From a virus (lineage: Duplodnaviria; Caudoviricetes): a stretch of 61,920 bases of DNA. A program made the translations under genes and the position numbers. Below are positions 16,198 to 24,145 of this stretch, in pieces. How positions within the stretch are numbered: position 1 is the stretch's first letter; the number at the start of each line of letters is the position of its first letter. The notes under the pieces are model-generated. The model was given only the letters and a program-made list of their open reading frames with translations, ran no database searches and was not told where the DNA came from. The DNA lies in IMG/VR virus record IMGVR_UViG_3300044833_000104, positions 1 to 61,920 of that record; one strand, given 5' to 3'.

Positions 16198-16500
16198 ATG
16201 AACTGGAAAACTTTTTGCCGATTAGCAGGAAAGTTCGACTACGAGAAGCGAACCATGACGGAGCCTGCCGATACGATTCCGGTTCACATAAAGCGGCGCG
16301 ACTACCAGTCAGCCAAAGCCTACGTCGAGGGCTACAACTCCGGCCTAGAGACCGCTGCATATGTATTGGAGTGCGGAAGCTTTCTGTCGAATGAATCTCC
16401 TGAATACAAATGGGCGCATCGGGTTGCTAGCCTAATTCGTGCGCGAAAAACCCTCGACCCCGCTGCGTTGCCCCCTATCGCATCGGAGCAACCCAAATGA
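16198..16500 (+). CDS. Hypothetical protein
   Basis: GAGGAG RBS. Confidence 0.55.
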   Translation: MNWKTFCRLAGKFDYEKRTMTEPADTIPVHIKRRDYQSAKAYVEGYNSGLETAAYVLECGSFLSNESPEYKWAHRVASLIRARKTLDPAALPPIASEQPK

Positions 16501-16730
16501 CGCCAGATTGGGTAATTAAGTTAGAAGCTGAGCCCTGCGAGTGCGTGTCGTGTCCCGATTGCAACAGTGGGCAGGTCTATTACGACATCGGAGGCCGCTA
16601 CATCGGAAAGAATCGGATGGATGACATGTGCGAGATGGAAACCTGCGATACCTGCGGGGGAAGCGCAATTACCGATGAATGCGAGCGATGTATACAGTTG
16701 AACGACTATGACAGAGAGGAGCAACCGTGA
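16497..16730 (+). CDS. Small zinc-finger protein
   Basis: CPDC, CDTCGGS, CERC. Confidence 0.6.
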   Translation: MTPDWVIKLEAEPCECVSCPDCNSGQVYYDIGGRYIGKNRMDDMCEMETCDTCGGSAITDECERCIQLNDYDREEQP

Positions 16731-16895
16731 ACCACAAAATCTACTTGATGGTTTCGGAGGCAATCAATACCCACGATCTGGCCTGCACCTGCTATATCTG
16801 CGAGGCCTTCACGAATGCCGGAGACGGTTCTAAAGGGCACGCTGCGGCCTGCCTTGCAGTAGCTGACAAACTCTGCGGTAATTCGGAGCAACCCC

Positions 16896-17090
16896 ATGAC
16901 TGACGCAAGGGTGCCTAAGAATCTGTGGATCTTGATGTATCGCTGTACCGATGGCCGATATTTGCCTTCTATGGATCATTTCTGCGGTTGGAGCACACGC
17001 AAGGCTGCAAGATGGAAGATAAAGCAAATTGGGGCCGCTCCCGGTGCTTACAGAGAATTCAAGTACGTTTCAGAACCGAGGAACCCATGA
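16896..17090 (+). CDS. Hypothetical protein
   Basis: GGAG RBS. Confidence 0.5.
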   Translation: MTDARVPKNLWILMYRCTDGRYLPSMDHFCGWSTRKAARWKIKQIGAAPGAYREFKYVSEPRNP

Positions 17091-17133
17091 TTACCCTAGC
17101 GTTGTACCTATTGCAGGCGAGGAGATGGACTAG

Positions 17134-17406
17134 ATGAGCATCGCGGAAAACAAAGCGCGCTATGAAGGAACCGGACTCCAAGCTCTGATGGAAGCCTCTG
17201 ACCATACTGTTTGCGACCGGTGTTATTGCTGCGATTCCACGATGGAGTCGGCAACATGCTGGCAGTGTGGCGGGTTTCCTGGGGACGATGAGGACGATTA
17301 TCCATGCTCCGTCTGCCACGATGAAGGCGAGATTTTCTACAGAGAATGCCTCGGACGCTGCGACGATGACGGTAAGCACGAAAAGAAACTCGGAGGCAAG
17401 CCATGA
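17134..17406 (+). CDS. Cys-rich zinc-finger protein
   Basis: CDRC, CWQCGG, CSVCHDEG. Confidence 0.6.
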   Translation: MSIAENKARYEGTGLQALMEASDHTVCDRCYCCDSTMESATCWQCGGFPGDDEDDYPCSVCHDEGEIFYRECLGRCDDDGKHEKKLGGKP

Positions 17407-17690
17407 AATACGCTCTACTCTCTCTCTTGCTATTGGCAGGATGCAAACAGGCGGAGCCGCCGATCCAAGCCAAAAGAATTACCGTGATGTCCGATACGGA
17501 CAACTACATCTTCACGGTTCGTGAGCCAGTCGTTGGTCTGTCTATGCTTCGAACGTGCGATTATGCACCCTTGTGGGCAGGCCTAACCGCAGATATCGGC
17601 GTCCAGTGGTTTAGCCGGCAAGATTGGGATAACGGGCCGAGCAACTGCTATAAGGTGCTATATGTGCGCCCAGTCGGAGCCAAGCCATGA
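17403..17690 (+). CDS. Putative lipoprotein
   Basis: MKYALLSLLLLAGC lipobox. Confidence 0.7.
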   Translation: MKYALLSLLLLAGCKQAEPPIQAKRITVMSDTDNYIFTVREPVVGLSMLRTCDYAPLWAGLTADIGVQWFSRQDWDNGPSNCYKVLYVRPVGAKP

Positions 17691-17988
17691 GCCCCATCCT
17701 GAAGACACGGAGAGATGCGTGAGCGACCTTTGCCCAGCCTGTCACCAGCCCTTGCCAGTGAAGGGTGAACGTTCGTGCGCACGATGCCATAGGTCCATCA
17801 AGCGGCATGATAAGTGGCATGCGATCGGCTCTCTAATAGTCCACAAAGATTGCAAGGATGTTACTTTGTCTGGGCGTAAAATAGAGAAACAAGCCCAACT
17901 AATCGACGTGTCGCTGTAACTCCCACCTACTAACCGGCCTCGGCCAGTACTACGGAATCATCAATATCTATTCCCTAGAGGCTGGCTC

Positions 17989-18411
17989 ATGCCCAAAACG
18001 TTGCTTGTTTCAATTCCGCTCACACCCCCCAGCGTCAATCACTACATGAAGCACCGCGTGGCGTCACTCAATGGACGCGATACGGTGATGAGTTATCCCT
18101 CGCGCGAAGCTAAGGAATGGTGGAAGGCTGTCGGGATTTGTGCCGGCGGCCGATCGCTCATAGCTGATGGCTTCGAGATCGCCTACGTGGTCTACCAGGG
18201 CAGCAACGAGCGCGGAGACGTGGACAACTATGCCAAGTGCATCCTCGACGCGCTGGTGAAGGCTGAGGTGATCGACAGCGACCACAAGGTCACGGCCCTG
18301 CATGCCTACAAGGTACGAGACCGCGCCAACCCACGCACAGAGATATTCATTCGACCAGTCGGGCAGCTTGCCCTTCTGGATGCACCTATGCCAGCGAAAG
18401 AGGATTGGTAA
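17989..18411 (+). CDS. rusA: RusA-family Holliday junction resolvase
   Basis: PPSVNHY and RGDVDNYAKCILDALVKAEVIDSDHKV. Confidence 0.9.
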   Translation: MPKTLLVSIPLTPPSVNHYMKHRVASLNGRDTVMSYPSREAKEWWKAVGICAGGRSLIADGFEIAYVVYQGSNERGDVDNYAKCILDALVKAEVIDSDHKVTALHAYKVRDRANPRTEIFIRPVGQLALLDAPMPAKEDW

Positions 18412-18414
18412 GCC

Positions 18415-18951
18415 ATGGCGAGACCCAGAAAACTTCGCCCCGTCACGATACCGATAGGCCTGTCTGTCGCATACGTTGAACTAACACAGGGGCAATACGC
18501 GGTCATCAATAGTGAGATAGCAAGCCTTGTCGGTCAGTACAACTGGCACGCGCAGTGGGCCCCAAATGTCAGCAGCTTCTATGCGGTCAGGCATGATCGG
18601 AGCGGTCAGAACGAATATCTCGGCATGCACTCCTTCATCACCGGCCTTAGCCCTACAGATCATTGCAACCATGAAACGCTGAATAACCTACCACACAACT
18701 TACGAGGCTGCACGACTATGGAAAACTCCGCGAATCGAAAGAAGCAAAAGAATCGCAGCGGCTACAAGGGAGTGACCGTTGAACACGGTAGATACCGCGC
18801 CTCCATCAGAAAAGACAAGAAACTAATCAGCCTGGGAACCTATGCCGAGGCGGAAGTAGCTGCGCGTGTTTACGATGCCGCCGCGATCCATCATTATGGC
18901 CAGTTCGCCAATATCAATTTTCCATCAGAGCACCAACAACCAACTCAATAA
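18415..18951 (+). CDS. HNH endonuclease with C-terminal AP2 domain
   Basis: TDHCNHETLNNLPHNLR, SGYKGV, LGTYAEAEVAARVYDAAA. Confidence 0.9.
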   Translation: MARPRKLRPVTIPIGLSVAYVELTQGQYAVINSEIASLVGQYNWHAQWAPNVSSFYAVRHDRSGQNEYLGMHSFITGLSPTDHCNHETLNNLPHNLRGCTTMENSANRKKQKNRSGYKGVTVEHGRYRASIRKDKKLISLGTYAEAEVAARVYDAAAIHHYGQFANINFPSEHQQPTQ

Positions 18952-18963
18952 AGGAGTCCCACC

Positions 18964-19629
18964 ATGCCAAACGTATTTATCTCAAAGGGTAAGCGAGTCA
19001 AACTCACCCTCCGCGACGCCGCACTGCTCCGAAGAGGAGAAGAAAAGCGGCATCACTTCAAAGTAGACCTCATTCTCTCCGACGGGGACGATGCCCTCAA
19101 TGGGATGCCCGAGTGGGTTCAGAACGCCTACACCAGCCTCATAAAGACGGGCAACCTCGCCACCATGCAGAAGTTCGATGTGCGGCTGGAGAATGCGACA
19201 GTGGAGATGTTCCCGACTCCGAAGAGCCGCAAGTTCTTCTCTCCGATCATGGATGCGACGCTCAGCAGCTTTGTGATGACCCGCACCGGCAAGGGGGATG
19301 AAGATGCGGTCGTGACACTCTCTTTCTCTGCATACTTTCCGGGTCGCAAAGAGATTCACGAGTGGACGTTCGACCACAAGACGGCTAACTTCTGGGCTGC
19401 GTTCGAAGAGGCGCAGGGAGACCTCAACTTCGCCGGCACGGGTGCGGAGGACGACGACCAGGAGGATCTTCCCCTCGGTGAAGAAGAGGAAGAGGATGAA
19501 CTGGAGGCCCAGGCCACGCACCGCAATGCCAAGGTCGTAGCCGCTCCCAAGCCCACGCCTCCGGCCAAGAAGCCTCTCACGGAGTCTCAGCAGATAGCGA
19601 AGGCCAAAGAAGCCATCCAGTTGATGTAG
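18964..19629 (+). CDS. Hypothetical protein with acidic C-terminal region
   Basis: AAGGAG RBS; 221 aa. Confidence 0.7.
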   Translation: MPNVFISKGKRVKLTLRDAALLRRGEEKRHHFKVDLILSDGDDALNGMPEWVQNAYTSLIKTGNLATMQKFDVRLENATVEMFPTPKSRKFFSPIMDATLSSFVMTRTGKGDEDAVVTLSFSAYFPGRKEIHEWTFDHKTANFWAAFEEAQGDLNFAGTGAEDDDQEDLPLGEEEEEDELEAQATHRNAKVVAAPKPTPPAKKPLTESQQIAKAKEAIQLM

Positions 19630-19638
19630 CTCACCACA

Positions 19639-19662
19639 GCGGCGGGTCTTCGGGCTCGCCGC
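19639..19662 (+). other. Stable UUCG hairpin upstream of dnaB
   Basis: GCGGCGGGTC-TTCG-GGCTCGCCGC; no U-tract. Confidence 0.6.
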
Positions 19663-19686
19663 CCCCAACCTACTTAGAAGGCCTGA

Positions 19687-21087
19687 ATGAGCACGCAAGA
19701 ACTACCGCTTCCGAAGAGTGAACACATCGAAGTAGCCGTGCTCGGTGCGATCCTGCTGCAGCCGGAGTCGCTAATTCACGCGCAGGAAAATCTCCGCGTC
19801 AATGACTTCGCGCTGGACTCGCACCGGCGCATCTACGCCGCTATCCTGCAGGTTGCGAAGGCAGGTTTGAATGTCGATTACAACACCGTCCGGGACGAGC
19901 TCAGTCGCAGGAAAGAACTGGACTCCGTGGGCGGCCCCGGCTACGTGTTGTTTCTTGGCGAAGGCATCCCGCGAAACTTCAACATCGAGAGTTACATCAG
20001 GGTCGTCAAAGAGAAGAGCCGCCTCCGAGCCGCTATGTTGCTGGCCAACCGCATCGAGTCCGAGGCCAGCGATGAGCAGGAAGACTCACAGCATTTACTC
20101 GAGCGCACCATCGAGGAGTTCAAAGACCTTGCGGAAGACTCCCCGGACGTTGATATGCAGCACGTCGGAGCATTCCTCGCCACCCAGGGGGACGACTCAG
20201 AGGCTCTTGAGGCCATGGCGACCACCGGGGGCCTCATGCTGGGCTGGACACAGTGGGATGAGGTGACAGGGGGACTGCAGCCGGGGGAGTTGATCGTCCT
20301 TGCAGCCATGGCGAGCTCCGGGAAGACGGCGTGGGCCTGCAATGCTGTCTACTACACGTCGGTGGTCCTCGGAAAGGTGACAGCTTACTTCCCGCTCGAG
20401 GATGGCCGGGGTGCCGCCGTCCGCAGAATGATCTCCGCTGCCACAGAGGTAGACCATCGCGCCATCCGCGACGGGAACCTTGGCCCACGCGACCAGTCTC
20501 TCATTCTGGAGTGCCGCGCCCAGCTCGCAGTCGCCCCGCTGTACCTCGATGAGACTCCCGAGATGACCATGACCCGCATCAAGGCGAAGTGCGCCAAGCT
20601 GAAGCGCCAGAAGCTCGCCGAGGGGCATCCCACAGGCCTCGACCTCATAGTGATCGACCAGTTGAGCCACACCGAAAACACGGACGTCTACGAGAGGGGC
20701 GTCAATCCAGAGGAGATAATCGGCCGTCAGGCGAAAGCGGCTAAGAAGATCGCCAAAGAACTAGGCGTCCCGGTCGTTTTGCTTGTCCAGTTGACGCAGG
20801 AGGCGGCGAAGCGTACCGACCCAACCCCGAGGATTACGGACATTGCGGGTTCGGGGAAGGTGAAGAACCATGCGGATATCGTGGTATTCCTGCACCGGCC
20901 CGAACTCTTCGACAAAGCCGACGAGTCTTTGAAGGGTCAGGGCCACATGATCTTTGCCAAAAACCGCCAAGGCGAGACGAAGACCTGCATCTGCACCTAC
21001 CGGGGTCGCATCCTGAAGTGGGAGGACGACACGCAGCCAACTCCGAAGCAGACGTCCTTCGATGCCTACCACGAGGTCTACCATTGA
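19687..21087 (+). CDS. dnaB: DnaB-like replicative helicase
   Basis: EVAVLGAILL N-domain, GGLQPGELIVLAAMASSGKT, LIVIDQL, PVVLLVQL, KNRQG. Confidence 0.92.
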   Translation: MSTQELPLPKSEHIEVAVLGAILLQPESLIHAQENLRVNDFALDSHRRIYAAILQVAKAGLNVDYNTVRDELSRRKELDSVGGPGYVLFLGEGIPRNFNIESYIRVVKEKSRLRAAMLLANRIESEASDEQEDSQHLLERTIEEFKDLAEDSPDVDMQHVGAFLATQGDDSEALEAMATTGGLMLGWTQWDEVTGGLQPGELIVLAAMASSGKTAWACNAVYYTSVVLGKVTAYFPLEDGRGAAVRRMISAATEVDHRAIRDGNLGPRDQSLILECRAQLAVAPLYLDETPEMTMTRIKAKCAKLKRQKLAEGHPTGLDLIVIDQLSHTENTDVYERGVNPEEIIGRQAKAAKKIAKELGVPVVLLVQLTQEAAKRTDPTPRITDIAGSGKVKNHADIVVFLHRPELFDKADESLKGQGHMIFAKNRQGETKTCICTYRGRILKWEDDTQPTPKQTSFDAYHEVYH

Positions 21088-21136
21088 ATAGAACCTGCTG
21101 GGTTAGTGGTACTGTAGCGGAACAAGTGGAGGGTTT

Positions 21137-21274
21137 ATGTTCAAAAAGCCGTGGAAGGTCGTCTACACCGATTTCGGTGAAAGCATGGGGACTGACTCTA
21201 AAAGTAAGATTGTTGATGCCGACGGAAAGCCGATAGTGGTGATCGGAACGGGCGTGGATGGACAAAATAGATAA
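21137..21274 (+). CDS. 45-aa hypothetical protein (not in the ORF track)
   Basis: GGAGG RBS; MFKKPWKVVYTDFG...IVDADGKPIV. Confidence 0.45.
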   Translation: MFKKPWKVVYTDFGESMGTDSKSKIVDADGKPIVVIGTGVDGQNR

Positions 21275-21292
21275 GCGGGAAACTTAAACAAC

Positions 21293-21321
21293 AAAAGCCC
21301 ACCGCCTGATAGCGATGGGCT
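21293..21321 (-). terminator. Terminator at the convergence of the two genome arms
   Basis: AGCCCATCGC-loop-GCGGTGGGCT followed by TTTGTTGTTT on the minus strand. Confidence 0.65.
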
Positions 21322-21361
21322 CCGTTGGCTCTGGCGATTCTCCGCAACCTCCTTTCCTCTC

Positions 21362-21874
21362 CTAGTCCGATTTGTAGATACACTTTCCAATGAAAAGACT
21401 GCTCAGGTGCAACGTCTCCGGCGTGATGAGATAGTCGTATCCGCTCAGCGTATTCAGCGGCTCTAGACCCCCATGCTGCATAAAATCGGTCATCAGATTT
21501 GAGCAGTCCCGCGCTTTCTTGTTGTGGATCCGGCGATGGATAGCCAGACCGAGGATTCCCAAATAGTCATACGGCATGCCTATTTGCGATTCCAACCTAT
21601 CGTGCGCGGCGTTGAATGCTTTCTGGGGTACCGGAATGGCGTACGTTCGCTCTCGAATCGGCTTTATCCAATCGAGTGGCCGCGCTTGCACACCCGTTCC
21701 CGCATGCGCCCCGGTCCACGATTTACCATCTCTCGATAATGCTTCGCAGTGAATCCAGAGTGAGTTGGTCCACCACGCAATCAGAATCGTGACAAGTGCC
21801 GACAAGTAAGACATGGGCTTTCGGATCGTTAGCCGGTCAAAGGCATAGATAAAGCGGATGGTCAGCGCGGGCAT
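21362..21874 (-). CDS. Permuted papain-like (YiiX/YaeF-type NlpC/P60) enzyme
   Basis: WIHCEAL (His first), IGMPYDYLG, DCSNL (Cys later), ITPETL. Confidence 0.7.
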   Translation of the reverse strand: MPALTIRFIYAFDRLTIRKPMSYLSALVTILIAWWTNSLWIHCEALSRDGKSWTGAHAGTGVQARPLDWIKPIRERTYAIPVPQKAFNAAHDRLESQIGMPYDYLGILGLAIHRRIHNKKARDCSNLMTDFMQHGGLEPLNTLSGYDYLITPETLHLSSLFIGKCIYKSD

Positions 21875-22224
21875 TAGGCCACCTGAGCGATTTGCTGATA
21901 GATGGTTAGGTCTAGGCCGCCTTCAGCCTTCACGTAAGCCGCCAGAGCCGCTTGGACGTCGGCCTCGATGTTCCCAATCTGGGTCAGGGTAGCGACTGGC
22001 ATGTTCGGCGTGGCCTTGAGCACGGCAATCACACCCTGCATGGCGCCGAGGGCGGAGAGCGTGTCCTGCGTCTTGGTTTGGCCCGAGCCGATGGACGTGA
22101 ACAGACCCGCGACCGGCGCGGCTAGGCTGCTGATGAGGGTCGCGGTGCTGGCCCCGATGACGCCGCTGTTTGAAAGGATGACCGGCACCAATGTGCCGAG
22201 GATGGTCAGAATCGTAGTCAGCAT
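21874..22224 (-). CDS. Hydrophobic lysis-cassette protein
   Basis: TAATG coupling; MLTTILTILGTLVPVIL. Confidence 0.6.
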   Translation of the reverse strand: MLTTILTILGTLVPVILSNSGVIGASTATLISSLAAPVAGLFTSIGSGQTKTQDTLSALGAMQGVIAVLKATPNMPVATLTQIGNIEADVQAALAAYVKAEGGLDLTIYQQIAQVA

Positions 22225-22604
22225 TACTTCACCCCCTGAGTTGTCGTTAGAGTGGCCTGCGCCTGCTGTGCCGAAGCCAAGGCCGTTTGCGCCTGCGCCA
22301 GCGTCTGACTCCCCGCGTGGTATGCCTGATACGAGGCGTTGGCTAGGTTGGTCGCCGTGATCAGCCCGTTGAGGTAGGGCTTCTCCGTCGCCTGTTGCGC
22401 CGAAGTCTGCGCCGTGTAGTTGATCTTCTCTTGATTGACGAAGGCGTTCACCGCCGCCAACGATTCCCCGAGAGTCTGGTCCGCTGAGTTGAGGTATCCC
22501 GGCGCCAGGGCTGCCGCGGGGGTGGTCGATGTTGCCGTGACGCATCCCGACAAGGGGAGCAGCAGCAGCGGTAGAAGAATCAGGATGAATAGTGCTTTTT
22601 TCAT
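22224..22604 (-). CDS. Lipoprotein in the lysis cassette (spanin candidate)
   Basis: MKKALFILILLPLLLLPLSGC lipobox; helical Ala/Gln-rich body. Confidence 0.65.
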   Translation of the reverse strand: MKKALFILILLPLLLLPLSGCVTATSTTPAAALAPGYLNSADQTLGESLAAVNAFVNQEKINYTAQTSAQQATEKPYLNGLITATNLANASYQAYHAGSQTLAQAQTALASAQQAQATLTTTQGVK

Positions 22605-22616
22605 TTGTAACCTCGA

Positions 22617-22868
22617 TTATTTTGGGCTAAGTACCGACTCCTCTTTATTGACAGGAGGAGTAACGATGGGAGCAGTGGTCAGGCGCGTGTTTGTGATATT
22701 GAAAACTTGGTGGAACCAGTCGTAAACCCATGCATAAATCGTTTCCCATGTCCATGGGGTGCCAGGGGTCGGGGCTGTCTTCACCGCAGCGGTCGTCAGA
22801 TTTAGGACCATGGCGCCGATCGCTACGCGGTTGCCATAGAGGTAAAGCCACAGCTTCATTTTGTCCAT
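22617..22868 (-). CDS. Small membrane protein, holin candidate
   Basis: GGAGG RBS; hydrophobic segments; position in the lysis cassette. Confidence 0.5.
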   Translation of the reverse strand: MDKMKLWLYLYGNRVAIGAMVLNLTTAAVKTAPTPGTPWTWETIYAWVYDWFHQVFNITNTRLTTAPIVTPPVNKEESVLSPK

Positions 22869-22881
22869 GTTGCCTCCAGAA

Positions 22882-23157
22882 TTAGCATTGTTTCGTCCTG
22901 TCTTGACGCCAGTTTCTGTAGGCGTGACGCAGCATCCTTCGGAACCCTGGGAACTCTCTGTCGAGCGACGGAAGCCTCTCGCGCCAGTTCAATGCGAACC
23001 CGGCCATAAGATCGACTAGCACCTCATAGCAATAGCGGGTCTTGGGGTAGCATCTGAGCAACAACGAGGGCGGTAGGAAATTGCACAGGAGAGCGTTGAT
23101 AGCGACGAAGGCGCATATGCGGAAGAAATCGTGCCGTAAATCATGCATTAGCGTCAT
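22882..23157 (-). CDS. Small membrane-associated protein, holin candidate
   Basis: ATGA overlap; FFRICAFVAINALLCNFLPP; basic tail. Confidence 0.5.
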   Translation of the reverse strand: MTLMHDLRHDFFRICAFVAINALLCNFLPPSLLLRCYPKTRYCYEVLVDLMAGFALNWRERLPSLDREFPGFRRMLRHAYRNWRQDRTKQC

Positions 23158-23561
23158 GCAGGCCTCTTCCGCCACTGCAAAAATACGCTGGAGCTCGCAA
23201 TGATTCCCAGCACGGCACCGATAATTCTCTCTTCCCCACGGAGGCCGGATAAGTCGCCCTCCATCTCGTAAACTGCCTTCCACTGCTCCTTGACCGTGGC
23301 GTCGGTGGTCCTCAAATGCTCATTCAGCGCCACGATGTTGTTGTCTTGCACGGCGTCTTCGGCGGTGATCACCGGTACATACTGCAATCGCTGTGGGGTC
23401 TGAGCGTAGGAGGGTGGGTGGTGCCCTCCAAAGGCGATGAATATGCAGACAGTGATGGTAATAAGCCTTAGCACGAGAAGGACCTTGCCGACTTCCAGTT
23501 TCCTCACTCGCGGCTCCATCGCGCCGTCATCACTATCGTCACTCAGCGCTTTTCTTGACAT
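23154..23561 (-). CDS. Membrane protein with two TM segments and a coiled coil
   Basis: N- and C-terminal hydrophobic stretches; lies downstream of the endolysin. Confidence 0.6.
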   Translation of the reverse strand: MSRKALSDDSDDGAMEPRVRKLEVGKVLLVLRLITITVCIFIAFGGHHPPSYAQTPQRLQYVPVITAEDAVQDNNIVALNEHLRTTDATVKEQWKAVYEMEGDLSGLRGEERIIGAVLGIIASSSVFLQWRKRPA

Positions 23562-23599
23562 GGGCGACCCTCTTTATTTTTGAATTTGAAGCCGCACGA

Positions 23600-24118
23600 T
23601 TACGCTAAGGCTTGTACTGCATTCATCCGGTTCAACCAGCCGTGGACGAACCTCAACTGCGTCGGGTCGTTTGCCGCGAGCCTTTGGAAATAGGCCCTCT
23701 GAAACATTCCGTACTGCGTCATCACATCCGGGAAGCTGTTGACTTTGGCGAGTGTCTGCGGCCCCATCCCACCATCGGGATTCGCGCCCACAGACATCTG
23801 GAGGAGCTTCACCGCTTCCCTGTTCCCTTCGACTACCGCCATGGAGAGCAGGGCCGTGGCGATCGCCTGAGAGTCGATTTGGGCCAGCAGGATAGGGTCT
23901 GCATACTGCTCGACGAGGACGTTTTCCGCAATCACGAGGGCGTGGTCGCGGTCCATGTCATCGTAGAATCCCGTCTTGGTGAGGTCGGGGTGCCACCTCT
24001 CCGCAATGCCGAAGCGTGTTCTTCCGCCGCGGTCATCCTTGTAGCCAGTCACTTCCCCGACCATCGTTGCGTCTTCCTGTTTCAGGACGAAATCCACCGC
24101 TGCTTTTATGTCTGCCAT
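23600..24118 (-). CDS. Endolysin, glycoside hydrolase family 108 with peptidoglycan-binding domain
   Basis: LKQE..DRGGRTRFGI, DGGMGPQTL, FVHGWLNR. Confidence 0.88.
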   Translation of the reverse strand: MADIKAAVDFVLKQEDATMVGEVTGYKDDRGGRTRFGIAERWHPDLTKTGFYDDMDRDHALVIAENVLVEQYADPILLAQIDSQAIATALLSMAVVEGNREAVKLLQMSVGANPDGGMGPQTLAKVNSFPDVMTQYGMFQRAYFQRLAANDPTQLRFVHGWLNRMNAVQALA

Positions 24119-24145
24119 GATGCCTCCTTGGGGCGAAACGAGAGG

